From positions 1 to 38,938 of the IMG/VR virus record IMGVR_UViG_3300044738_000035: 38,938 nt of DNA; one strand, 5' to 3'. The DNA is from a virus (Duplodnaviria > Caudoviricetes). A model generated the notes under the pieces. It had not been told where the DNA came from. It was given only the letters and a program-made list of their open reading frames with translations, and made no database searches. Every line of letters begins with the position of its first letter. Position 1 is the first letter of the stretch. A program made the translations under genes and the position numbers. Shown here one piece after another: positions 26,486 to 35,124 of the stretch.

Positions 26486-26700
26486 GGTCCCGTCGAGCCC
26501 TCGCCCTCTTCCTCCTCGTCGGGCGGGTCGGGCGGGTCAATGGACGGGTGCTCGACCGAGCCCTGTGTCGTCGCCCCGCCGCCGTCGCCGCCGGGCGTCT
26601 CGGTCTGACCCGGCCGCTCGTCGCCGCCGTTCGAAGGGTGCTCGACTGAGCCGGGCGGCTGGCCGTGAACTTTGTCCTTCTCGCTCGGGTGTTGTGACAT
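26482..26700 (-). CDS. 72-aa acidic low-complexity peptide with three repeated cores (putative signalling/precursor peptide)
   Basis: GAGGAG RBS. Cores GSVEHP, GQTETP, GSVEHP. Divergent from the TPR-HTH gene. Confidence 0.65.
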   Translation of the reverse strand: MSQHPSEKDKVHGQPPGSVEHPSNGGDERPGQTETPGGDGGGATTQGSVEHPSIDPPDPPDEEEEGEGSTGP

Positions 26701-26770
26701 CTCGCTTCTCCTCGCTGCTCGGCGCATCGTAGAACGGCGCGCATTTTATCAACGTCCGGGAACGCTCACA

Positions 26771-27619
26771 ATGACGAACATAACTCACACCGTCCTGACC
26801 CCGACCGACACAGCCAACGCCGAGGCGCTGAAGCTGTGGGATGAGTGCCACTTCGAGGAGGCGGCCGCGCACCTCGAAGCTTTCCTCGAAGCCGCCCACG
26901 ACCTCACGCCGGTCGAGCAGCTCCGCACGCGCAACAACCGCGCCATGTTCGCGCGCGCGCGCAGAGACTTCCGCGAGGCCCTCAGGATTCACAACGAGGC
27001 CGAGCCGTTCGCCGACGCCTGCGCCGACCCGCTGGTCCGGGGCAAGTTCCACAACGGGCGCGCCCTCACCCGACAGAACCTCGGCGACCGCGACGAGGCG
27101 ATCATCGAGTTCACGGCCGCCAGCATCTACTACCAGGAGGCGAGAGAGCACGGCCTCGTGGCCGACGTCGAGAACAACCTCGCCGTCCTTCACGCCGAGG
27201 CGGGGCGACCGGCGGAGGCGATGGAGCACCTCGCCGTCGCGCTGGGGAGCTGCCCGCCCGGCGAGGCCGGGCTCGCGCAATACGAGGACACCCGCGCGCT
27301 GATAGCCCTCGCCGCCGGCGACGCCCGCGCCGCGCTCGAATTCTCGAACTCGTCGGTCGGGCGCCTGCTCCCGCTCGGCGACAACCGCCTCATCGTCGAG
27401 AGCGTGAGGACGTCCGTGCGTGCCGGGCGCGCCTTCCTGCACGACCAGGAGGAGGCGCACGTCCGCGAGACGCTCGGCGCCTGCCGGTGGAACCTCACGC
27501 GCGCCGCCCACCGCCTCGGCTTCAACAGCCGGCAGGCGCTGGAGAATCACCTCCGGCGGAATTTCCCCGCGCTCGACGAGGAAAGGCGCAACAGAAGTGT
27601 TGCGTCGCGCGAGCCGTAA
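26771..27619 (+). CDS. TPR-repeat protein with C-terminal Fis-type HTH
   Basis: TPR helices with Asn motifs (RNNRA, FHNGRA, ENNLA). LGACRWNLTRAAHRLGFNSRQAL is a Fis-like HTH. Confidence 0.82.
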   Translation: MTNITHTVLTPTDTANAEALKLWDECHFEEAAAHLEAFLEAAHDLTPVEQLRTRNNRAMFARARRDFREALRIHNEAEPFADACADPLVRGKFHNGRALTRQNLGDRDEAIIEFTAASIYYQEAREHGLVADVENNLAVLHAEAGRPAEAMEHLAVALGSCPPGEAGLAQYEDTRALIALAAGDARAALEFSNSSVGRLLPLGDNRLIVESVRTSVRAGRAFLHDQEEAHVRETLGACRWNLTRAAHRLGFNSRQALENHLRRNFPALDEERRNRSVASREP

Positions 27620-27675
27620 ACCCTCGGTTATACTCGGGTTTGGGCGTGCGAAGCTGTCACCAAAGGAGCACGCCC

Positions 27676-27894
27676 TTGCCCGAACACCACTACAAAGAGA
27701 CGCCCGAGCGGGCGCGCCTCGCCTCCATCCTCGACTCTCTTCTTCACCAGGCGATGGAGGTCGCGCTCGCCTCCCCGGACGGGCAGGTGCAGCACCGCTT
27801 CCGGAACGTCGCCCAGGGCGTCGCCAACCAGAGGAGCCTCCTCGAACTCGATTGGGAATTCGCCGACCGCGAAGGGGCGCAGCCCGCCGATTAA
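27676..27894 (+). CDS. Small helical hypothetical protein
   Basis: AAAGGAG RBS then TTG 27676, TATACT at 27629. Sequence MPEHHYKETPERARLASILD... Confidence 0.6.
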   Translation: MPEHHYKETPERARLASILDSLLHQAMEVALASPDGQVQHRFRNVAQGVANQRSLLELDWEFADREGAQPAD

Positions 27895-27901
27895 TCCCTC
27901 C

Positions 27902-27932
27902 CCGAAAATCAAACCTTTTCCCGCCCGATAAT
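27902..27932 (+). promoter_or_regulatory. CCGAAAATCAA motif with GATAAT (-10-like) 14 nt downstream
   Basis: Fourth copy of the motif, placing a start site near ATG 27939. Confidence 0.5.
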
Positions 27933-27938
27933 CACCTC

Positions 27939-28466
27939 ATGAACCGGGAACGCGCCCGGCGAGATTATCGAAACGGACGAGGCTTTACCCGCATGCCCCC
28001 ACCTAAGACCCCCGCCATGAGCCGCAACACTCCGGCCAGAACCCCCGCCCTGTCCGAGCAGCTCGCCGCGCGCGCCCCTCACTACAAATCTTTCGACCAC
28101 ATCACAGACCCCGTGGCGCGCCGAGCCAAAGAGATCGAGCAGCACCTGCTCTTCCTCGCCGAGGTCGCGCCCGAGATCGCGCGCGACCTCCAGCCCCTCA
28201 TCAACAACGCGCACAGGCGGGGCGACGCCGGGCGCGTCTCGGCGCGCGACCTCATCCTCGAAGCCATGACGAAGACCCTCCCGCCGGGGACGCTCGAAGA
28301 GTTCGTCGAAGACTTGGAGCTTCCCTACGGCACCGTCCGAGAGAACTTGATGAAGCTGGCGGAGGCCGGGCTCGTCGTCATAGGGATGAAGCCGCGCGAG
28401 GTCGAGCCGGCGGGCAAGCGCGGCGGCGCGCGCAAGGCCGAGGCGGTCTTCACTCTCGCTCACTGA
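27939..28466 (+). CDS. Winged-helix DNA-binding protein, candidate late regulator (start could be 27993 or 28017)
   Basis: TLEEFVEDLELPYGTVRENLMKLAEAGLV wHTH. Last gene before the late control region. Confidence 0.7.
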   Translation: MNRERARRDYRNGRGFTRMPPPKTPAMSRNTPARTPALSEQLAARAPHYKSFDHITDPVARRAKEIEQHLLFLAEVAPEIARDLQPLINNAHRRGDAGRVSARDLILEAMTKTLPPGTLEEFVEDLELPYGTVRENLMKLAEAGLVVIGMKPREVEPAGKRGGARKAEAVFTLAH

Positions 28467-28506
28467 ATTTATACATATAATACTTATCTTTAGTCTGGGT
28501 CTGACA

Positions 28507-28570
28507 GGTATATAGCCCAGCCGCTATATACCCCTCACGGATATATGGTTTGAAACATATTGTTTCAAAC
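28507..28570. promoter_or_regulatory. AT-rich control region with two perfect inverted repeats
   Basis: GGTATATAGC-N6-GCTATATACC 28507-28532 and GTTTGAAACA-TAT-TGTTTCAAAC 28548-28570. Confidence 0.65.
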
Positions 28571-28602
28571 AATAGTTTCATCCTTCATCGTTCCGCCTTC
28601 AC

Positions 28603-28644
28603 CTCATCACTTATCACTCATCACTTATCACTCATCACTCATCA
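28603..28644 (+). repeat. Six-unit heptamer tandem repeat CT(C/T)ATCA
   Basis: ctcatca cttatca ctcatca cttatca ctcatca ctcatca. Confidence 0.9.
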
Positions 28645-28649
28645 CCCTT

Positions 28650-28679
28650 CCGAAAATCAAATCCGAAGCAAGGTAACTT
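28650..28679 (+). promoter_or_regulatory. Putative late promoter CCGAAAATCAA-N13-TAACTT
   Basis: Same motif and spacing as 3683 and 31834. Heads the lysis/terminase operon. Confidence 0.65.
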
Positions 28680-28781
28680 CCCGTCAGTGAGAGCGGGCGT
28701 GCGCGCCCGTGCTGGCGGCCAATGATTCGCAGCCGCGCTTGTCGCGCCCGCTCTCCTACAAATCTTTACAGGAGAGCACCG

Positions 28782-29447
28782 ATGACCAAGTCCACGCTCG
28801 TCACCATCCTCGGCGTCGTCACCGCCGTCGCCTTCGCCGCCGCCCCCGAGCTGACCCAGATAGACCCGCGCGTCGCGCGCATCGTCATGCTCGTGGCCGT
28901 CGCCGCCGCCGCCGCCGGTAAGCAGCTCCGCGTGAGCGACGTGCGCGAGCTGCGCGGCATCCTCGGCGGCTTCCCCAAGCGCGGCATGTACGCCCCGCGC
29001 AAGACGCTGAAGCTCCTCGCCGTCGTCGGCCTGGCCGGCGCGCTCGCCCTCTCCCCGGCCTGCAAGGTCGAGACCGTGCGCGGCGTCAGTGCCGGGATCG
29101 CGGCGGGCGCGGGCGTCCTGCGCGGCGAGGTCGAGGCGGGCGTGCGCGCGGGCGACTTCAGCCAGGCCGAGGCCGACTTCCTGAACCCCGTCATTGACGA
29201 GGTCGAGGCGGGCGCCTCGGACGTCAGCACGCGCGCCGAGGGCTGGACCCGGATGACCAAGTCGGAGCGGAGCGCCCTCGCCCTCGAAGCCGTCGAGAAA
29301 ATAGGCAACGCCGTCCAGCGGCTCTCCGACCACGGCGTCGGCGTGAAGAGTGAGCGCGGCCGCCGCCGGCTCGACAAGTATCTGAGCAAGGCCCGTCTCG
29401 CCGTCGGCGCCCTGCGCGTCATCGCGGCCGCGATCCCGCGGAAGTAG
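28782..29447 (+). CDS. Membrane protein: holin-like 2-TM N-terminus plus internal lipoprotein-like signal (spanin candidate)
   Basis: Two hydrophobic helices, then MYAPRKTLKLLAVVGLAGALALSPA-C (in-frame ATG 28986), then amphipathic helices. Confidence 0.55.
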   Translation: MTKSTLVTILGVVTAVAFAAAPELTQIDPRVARIVMLVAVAAAAAGKQLRVSDVRELRGILGGFPKRGMYAPRKTLKLLAVVGLAGALALSPACKVETVRGVSAGIAAGAGVLRGEVEAGVRAGDFSQAEADFLNPVIDEVEAGASDVSTRAEGWTRMTKSERSALALEAVEKIGNAVQRLSDHGVGVKSERGRRRLDKYLSKARLAVGALRVIAAAIPRK

Positions 29448-29456
29448 AGGCCCGTC

Positions 29457-29789
29457 ATGGCTGCACAAGAAACCGACCTCATCGCGGGCGCGCGCGGCGC
29501 GCTGGCCGGGCACGTCGCCTCGCTCCTGAAGCTCGTCGCCACGCTGGCGGCATCGGCCTTCATCGCCTACGGCGCGGCCCAGTACCGCGCGGGCGAGTCG
29601 GAGACGCGGACGGACTTGCGGATCGGCGCGGTCGAGCAGAAGGCGCAGGCCCTCGCCGTGAACGTCGTGCCGCGCGTCGAGCACGAGGCGCACTGGAAGG
29701 CGATGGAGGACGCGCAGCGCGAGCTGAAGTCAGACCTCCGCGAGGTGCGCGAAACCAACAAGCAGATTCTCCTGAAGCTAAGCCGATGA
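29457..29789 (+). CDS. TM + coiled-coil protein (holin/spanin-like)
   Basis: One TM segment followed by a coiled coil, upstream of the terminase genes. Confidence 0.5.
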   Translation: MAAQETDLIAGARGALAGHVASLLKLVATLAASAFIAYGAAQYRAGESETRTDLRIGAVEQKAQALAVNVVPRVEHEAHWKAMEDAQRELKSDLREVRETNKQILLKLSR

Positions 29790-30322
29790 AGCTGACAAAG
29801 AAGCAGAAGGAAAAGGTTCTCGCGTGGGTTGCCGAAGGGCTCCAGTCCGACGAGATGAACGCGAGGGCGGCGAAATGCAGGCCGCCCTTTTCCGTCTCCC
29901 GTCAGCAGGTGGACTTCTACCGCGAATCGCGGGGGCTCGCGCTCGACGGGCTGAAGGAGACCTCGGAGTCCGACGCCCTGCGCACGGGGCTCGCCCTTAA
30001 AGAGAAGCGCGTCGAGACGCTCGTCGAGCTGGCCGAGAGGCTGAAGGCGGAGCTGCTCGGCGAGGGCGACGAGGGGCGGCTGTGGCTCAGGCGCCAGCGC
30101 GGGCTCGGCTCCGGCGAGTGGATGATTCCTATAGAGGAAGAGCACTTCAACCTCGGCGAGTTGAACGCCCTGCGCGCGCTGCTCGACGACATCTCCAAAG
30201 AGACAAACGGCCGCACCTATCAGCGCCGCGACGGCGCGCCCCCGGAAGAGCCGCTCGACGATGAAGACCTCGACGAACTCTCAGACGAAGAGCTTGAAGC
30301 TATCGCGGAAGGCCGGGCGTAA
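29786..30322 (+). CDS. terS: Terminase small subunit
   Basis: N-terminal HTH-like region, LSDEEL acidic tail, directly upstream of terL. Confidence 0.7.
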   Translation: MKLTKKQKEKVLAWVAEGLQSDEMNARAAKCRPPFSVSRQQVDFYRESRGLALDGLKETSESDALRTGLALKEKRVETLVELAERLKAELLGEGDEGRLWLRRQRGLGSGEWMIPIEEEHFNLGELNALRALLDDISKETNGRTYQRRDGAPPEEPLDDEDLDELSDEELEAIAEGRA

Positions 30323-31832
30323 AAGCCGCGCGCAGAGGCGCAAGCGCGCCCAGCCCGCAGCCCGCTCGTCCCGCCGCGACATAGCGCGCGCCATCCTCGC
30401 GCTGCGCCGACGTCGCGGTAAGGCGGGAGCAAAGAAACTCTCTTTCATCGAGTTCGTCTGTCTCGTCAAGCCCTCTTATCAGTGGTACAGGCACTGCCTC
30501 ATCCTGGCGGCCGTCCTTCAGAAGGTGGCCGACGGCGAGATCAAGCGGCTGATGATCTTCATGCCGCCCCGCCACGGGAAGTCCGAGCTGGCCTCGCGAC
30601 TCTTCACGGCCTACTTCCTCTATCTCTACCCCGAAAGATTCGTCGGCCTCTCCTCTTACTCGGCCGGCCTCGCCTACACGCTCTCGCGTGCGGCGCGCGA
30701 GAACTACGTCGAGGGCGGCGGCTCGATTGACGGGAAGGCCAACGCCGTCAAGCAGTGGCTCACGGGCAAGGGCGGCGGCTTCTGGGCGACGGGCGTCGGC
30801 GGCGAGGCCACGGGTAAGGGCTGGCACCTCGGCGTCATTGACGACCCGCTGAAGAATTCCGAGCAGGCCGCGTCGGAGACGATCCGCGAGAAGCAGAAGG
30901 AATGGTACGGCTCGACCTGGTACACCCGCGAGGAGCCCTGGTCTGACACCGACCCGCACGGCGCGCTCGTCGTCATCAACACCCGCTGGCACGAGGACGA
31001 CCTCTCGGGCTGGCTGCTCTCCGAGGAGCTGACCGGCGAGGAGCCCGAACGCTGGCACGTCGTCTCGTTCCCGGCCATCGCCGAGGAGGCGCCCCAGGAG
31101 TTCCCGAAGACCTGCACGGTCGAGCCCGACTGGCGCGAGCCCGGCGAGGCGCTCTGCCCGGAGCGCCGCCCGCTCTCGAAGCTGAAGAAGATCGCCGACC
31201 GCGTCGGCGAGTTCGTGTGGAACGCGCTCTTTCAGCAGCGGCCGGGCGCGAAGGACGGCAACAAGTTCAAGCGCGAGAACTTCGAGATTCTCCCCCTACC
31301 CGCGCGCTCAGAGTTCGTCTCCTTCGTGCGCTATTGGGACAAGGCGGGCACGAAGGACGCGGGCTGCTACACCGTGGGCGCGCTCCTCGGGAAGACCAGG
31401 CAAAACGTCTTCTGGGTGCTCGACGTCGTGCGCGGCCAGTGGGCGGCCATCGAGCGCGAAGACGTTCTCCTGACCACGGCGAAGGCCGACGCCGCTCAGT
31501 ACGGGCGCGACGTGGCCATCTGGATCGAGCAGGAGCCGGGCTCGGGCGGCAAGGAGTCGGCCGAGGCGACCGTAAGAAACCTGGCCGGGTTCTCCATCTG
31601 GGCCGAGCGGGTGAGCGGCGACAAGGAATACAGAGCCGAGCCCTACTCGGCGCAGGCCGCGCGAAAGAACGTGAAGCTGGCCGAGGGCGAGTGGAACGGC
31701 GACTTCATCAAGGAGCACACGGCCTTCCCGCGCGGCAAATACAAAGACCAGGTGGACGCCGCCGGCGGCGCTTTCAACAAGCTGGCGGCCGTCACCGGCG
31801 GCGATGTCGAGGAGGGCGAGTTTAAGTGGTAG
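30261..31832 (+). CDS. terL: Terminase large subunit
   Basis: MPPRHGKS (Walker A), GVIDDP (Walker B), TRWHEDDL, RYWDKA, IWIEQEPG, KDQVDA nuclease motifs. Confidence 0.96.
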   Translation: MKTSTNSQTKSLKLSRKAGRKSRAQRRKRAQPAARSSRRDIARAILALRRRRGKAGAKKLSFIEFVCLVKPSYQWYRHCLILAAVLQKVADGEIKRLMIFMPPRHGKSELASRLFTAYFLYLYPERFVGLSSYSAGLAYTLSRAARENYVEGGGSIDGKANAVKQWLTGKGGGFWATGVGGEATGKGWHLGVIDDPLKNSEQAASETIREKQKEWYGSTWYTREEPWSDTDPHGALVVINTRWHEDDLSGWLLSEELTGEEPERWHVVSFPAIAEEAPQEFPKTCTVEPDWREPGEALCPERRPLSKLKKIADRVGEFVWNALFQQRPGAKDGNKFKRENFEILPLPARSEFVSFVRYWDKAGTKDAGCYTVGALLGKTRQNVFWVLDVVRGQWAAIEREDVLLTTAKADAAQYGRDVAIWIEQEPGSGGKESAEATVRNLAGFSIWAERVSGDKEYRAEPYSAQAARKNVKLAEGEWNGDFIKEHTAFPRGKYKDQVDAAGGAFNKLAAVTGGDVEEGEFKW

Positions 31833-31833
31833 C

Positions 31834-31887
31834 CCGAAAATCAATCCGACCTGCGGCTAACGTGTAGCCGTCGGGCACGTTAGCCGC
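31834..31887 (+). promoter_or_regulatory. Putative late promoter CCGAAAATCAA-N13-TAACGT overlapped by a 12-bp inverted repeat
   Basis: Motif 31834-31844, -10 at 31858-31863. GCGGCTAACGTG 31853-31864 / CACGTTAGCCGC 31876-31887. Confidence 0.65.
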
Positions 31888-31904
31888 GGCGGGAGGGAAT
31901 CGAG

Positions 31905-33473
31905 ATGAACGAATATTTAAGCAGAGTCTACAACAGCATCCGCGGCCTATTCGGCGGCGCGCGCGACAAGGCGATGGAGCAGGTGCGCCGCCTTACCCGG
32001 CAGACCATGATCGCCTCGGCGCTCTCCTACTTCTCCGGCTACGCGCCGAAGCAGTTGAAGGTCAAGGACGGCCAGCCCGACGACAACGTCTATATCAACT
32101 ACGCCTCGGTCATCGTGGACAAGGGCGTCGGCTTCCTCTTCGGCAAGTCACTCGTCATCGGCGTCGGCACCGACAAAGACAAGACGGGTGAAGAGTACCT
32201 CGAACGGGTCTGGTCTCAGGCGCAGCGTGACGAAGAGTTTCAGGAGATGGCGCAGGACGGCGCCGTCACCGGCGACGCCTACCTGAAGATCGTCATCGAG
32301 CCCTCGGGCGACCCGAGAGTCACCGTCGGCGACCCCGCGACCTACGAGATCGTCACCGACCCGCACGACGTTTCACGCCCCGTCACCTTCCGCTGCTCCT
32401 ACCAGATGACCGACGGCGCAGGCCGCGAGTACCTCTTCAAAGAGGAGACCACGCGCAACGAGGGCGGAAAGGACTGGCGCATCCAGCACTTCGAGTCGCG
32501 CGACGGCGGCAACCTCTGGACGCCGACCGGCTACGACGTGACGTGGAATTACCCGACCCCGCCCATCTTCCACGCGAAGAATCTCCCCAACCCGAAATGC
32601 ACCTACGGCAAGCCCGACCTGACCGAGGACGTGCTCGCCGTCATCGGCTACATCTCCCGCCTCGACAGCCTGTGCGGGAAGATCGTGCGCATGCACGCGA
32701 GCCCGAAGCCGTGGGCCAAGAACCTCAACAAGCAGGACATCGAGTGGGGCACGGACAACATGCTTTTCCTGAAGCCGACGGGAACGCCCGTCGAGTCCGA
32801 GATCGGCTTCCTCGAAATGCAGAACGACATCTCGACGGCTCTCTCCCTGCGCAAGGTTCTGCGCGAGGGGCTCGCCGAGATGACGGGCGTCCCCGAGGTC
32901 GCGACGGGCAAGGTCGAGACGACGGGTCAGCTCTCCAGCGTGGCGCTGCGGCTCATGTACGGCCCGCTCATCGAGAAGACCGAGAAGAAGCAGCTCCGCT
33001 ACGGCCGCATGATCAAGGAGTGCGTCGAGGCGCTGCTCGTCATCGGCGGCATCAAGAATCAGAAGGTAAAGCTCAACTGGGGCGACGCGCTCCCCGGCGA
33101 CGAGAAGCAGAAGATGGAGGTCGCCGAGACCAAGCTCCGCATCGGCTACTCGCAGAATACCGTCATCAAGGAGACCGGCGGCGACCCCGAGCACGAGGCC
33201 AAGATGCGCACGCCCACGGCCGACGACATGGGCTCGCAGATTCTCGACGCCTTCGACCGCGGCGTCGGCGCCGAGCCCGTCACGGGCGGCCAGTCACAGG
33301 AGCCCGACGCCGACGACCTGAAGAAGAGGGCGGACGCCGCCGGCATTCTCATCCGCGCGGGCTTCGAAGCCGCGGGCGCGCTCGCGGCCGTCGGCCTCGA
33401 CCCCATCGCCCACCTCGGCCTGCTGCCGATCACGTTGCGCAGCGAGGACGAACTTCAGAACGCGGCGGTCTAA
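31905..33473 (+). CDS. Portal protein (SPP1 gp6-like)
   Basis: INYASVIVDKGVGFLFGK, VTGDAYL, LSSVALRLMY motifs. Follows terL. Confidence 0.9.
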   Translation: MNEYLSRVYNSIRGLFGGARDKAMEQVRRLTRQTMIASALSYFSGYAPKQLKVKDGQPDDNVYINYASVIVDKGVGFLFGKSLVIGVGTDKDKTGEEYLERVWSQAQRDEEFQEMAQDGAVTGDAYLKIVIEPSGDPRVTVGDPATYEIVTDPHDVSRPVTFRCSYQMTDGAGREYLFKEETTRNEGGKDWRIQHFESRDGGNLWTPTGYDVTWNYPTPPIFHAKNLPNPKCTYGKPDLTEDVLAVIGYISRLDSLCGKIVRMHASPKPWAKNLNKQDIEWGTDNMLFLKPTGTPVESEIGFLEMQNDISTALSLRKVLREGLAEMTGVPEVATGKVETTGQLSSVALRLMYGPLIEKTEKKQLRYGRMIKECVEALLVIGGIKNQKVKLNWGDALPGDEKQKMEVAETKLRIGYSQNTVIKETGGDPEHEAKMRTPTADDMGSQILDAFDRGVGAEPVTGGQSQEPDADDLKKRADAAGILIRAGFEAAGALAAVGLDPIAHLGLLPITLRSEDELQNAAV

Positions 33474-34471
33474 TGCCCGACATCTACGACACGGCAGAGC
33501 AGTTCAAGGCGCGGCTCTTCTCTCGCGAGAGGAGGGCCGCGTCTCTGCTCGTCCGCGCCTACGGCGTCGCCTACCTCAACATCAAGCGGAAGCTCGACGA
33601 CCTCGCCAAAGAGATCGAGGCCGCCAGGTTGAGCGGCGAGGCCGTGCCCGTCGGCTGGCTCTACGAGCGCGGCCGCCTGGCATCGCTCAAAAAGGAGATG
33701 GCGGCCGAGCTGCTGCGCTTCTCCCAGGGCGCGGCGCGCGTCATCACCGACGAGCAGAGGTCGGCCGTGCGCCTCGGACTCTCCGACTCCCGCACGCTCG
33801 TCGTCGCTGCGCTCGAAGCCGAGGGGCTGACGGTGACGGCCAACTTCGGCGGGCTCAACCGGGCGGCCGTCGAGGCGCTCGCCGGTTTCGCCTCGGACGG
33901 CTCGCCGCTGGCCGACCTCTTGAACGAGGCGGGGCGCCGCGCGGGCGAGCGCGCGCGACTCGCCCTCGTCTCCGGCGTGGCCGAGGGCGCGAGCGCCGAG
34001 ACAATCGCGCGGCGCTTCCGCGAAGCCTTCGGCGGCGGCATGAGTCGGGCGCTGACCATCGCCCGGACGGAGACCCTGCGCGGCTACCGCGAGGCGGCGC
34101 GCGAAGTCTACCGGGCCAGCTCCGACGTCCTGTCGGGCTGGGAGTGGACGGCGTCTCTCTCACGGCGTACGTGCGCCATGTGCCTCGCCATGCACGGCCA
34201 GGTGTTCAAGGTCGAGGACAGGCTTGAGAGTCACCCGAATTGTCGTTGCGTTCAAGTCCCGCTCGTCACGGGCGGCGATGACTCCGGGATAAAGACCGGC
34301 GATGCGTGGCTCGAAGCGCAGGCCGAAGAGATTCAGCGCGCCGTCTTAGGCGACGCGAAATTCGAATTATTCAAGTCGGGCAGGTTGAAGTTGAGAGACC
34401 TGGTCGGCGAGCGCCGTGACAGGCGTTGGGGATTAACCAGATTTGAGAAGCCGCTCCACGCGGTCAAGTAA
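33473..34471 (+). CDS. Minor head protein (MuF/SPP1 gp7-like)
   Basis: TAATG coupling. RALTIARTETLR, TCAMCLAMHG, HPNCRC. Confidence 0.9.
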   Translation: MPDIYDTAEQFKARLFSRERRAASLLVRAYGVAYLNIKRKLDDLAKEIEAARLSGEAVPVGWLYERGRLASLKKEMAAELLRFSQGAARVITDEQRSAVRLGLSDSRTLVVAALEAEGLTVTANFGGLNRAAVEALAGFASDGSPLADLLNEAGRRAGERARLALVSGVAEGASAETIARRFREAFGGGMSRALTIARTETLRGYREAAREVYRASSDVLSGWEWTASLSRRTCAMCLAMHGQVFKVEDRLESHPNCRCVQVPLVTGGDDSGIKTGDAWLEAQAEEIQRAVLGDAKFELFKSGRLKLRDLVGERRDRRWGLTRFEKPLHAVK

Positions 34472-34482
34472 CGAGGTGAATC

Positions 34483-35094
34483 ATGCGCCTGAAGTTCTAC
34501 ATTAACATCGGCGGCATATGCCACAACCACAACGAGGCCGCCGCGGAAGGGGGCGGGGCGCCGACTCCCGCACCCGCGCCGGCGCCGCCCGCCACTCCCG
34601 GCGATGCTGGCTCGAGCACGGCGGTTGAGCCGCCCGCCCCGGCCGCAGTCGAGCCGCCCGCGGCCCCGGCCGTGCCCGACGGCTACGTGCCCGCGACCGA
34701 GGTCGAGACCGAGCGCACCGCGCGCACGGCCGCGGAGACGGCGCGCGCCGACGCAGAAACCCGCGCGACCACGTTGGCGGCGAGCCTGCGAGCTGCACAG
34801 ATTCGCGAGGCCGCGCGCGACCTGAGCTTTAACGACCCGGCCGACGCGGAGAAGTTCGTCGGCGCGGACGTGGAAGACGTGGGCGCGCACCTCGCCGAGG
34901 TCATCAAGACGAAGTCGTATTTGGTGAAGTCGGCCGAGGCGCCGGTCATCCCGCCCGTCACGCCGACGACGCCGACGAACCCCGCGCGCGACAATGCGCC
35001 CGCCGTCACCCGCGAATCACTCAAGCAGATGACGCAGGAGCAAGTCTCGAAGCTGCCGTGGTCGGTCGTCTCGGCCGCGCTCAAGCAGACATAG
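34483..35094 (+). CDS. Capsid scaffolding protein
   Basis: Pro/Ala-rich N-terminus and coiled coil, directly upstream of the MCP gene. Confidence 0.75.
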   Translation: MRLKFYINIGGICHNHNEAAAEGGGAPTPAPAPAPPATPGDAGSSTAVEPPAPAAVEPPAAPAVPDGYVPATEVETERTARTAAETARADAETRATTLAASLRAAQIREAARDLSFNDPADAEKFVGADVEDVGAHLAEVIKTKSYLVKSAEAPVIPPVTPTTPTNPARDNAPAVTRESLKQMTQEQVSKLPWSVVSAALKQT

Positions 35095-35124
35095 TCTTTG
35101 ACTTTTAGAGTCTGACTGAAATAT

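Noticed and set aside
26845-27938. Long ORFs 26845..27894 and 27420..28466 as called
   Set aside because: Their upstream parts overlap the TPR gene out of frame. Only the 3' parts (from 27676 and about 27939) look coding.
23112-28644. CRISPR array (iterons, heptamer arrays, palindrome clusters)
   Set aside because: Repeats are too short or degenerate, there are no unique 30-40 nt spacers between identical repeats, and no cas genes.
32543-33472. N-terminal half of ORF 32543..34471
   Set aside because: Out-of-frame overlap with portal. The real MuF start is the coupled ATG 33473.
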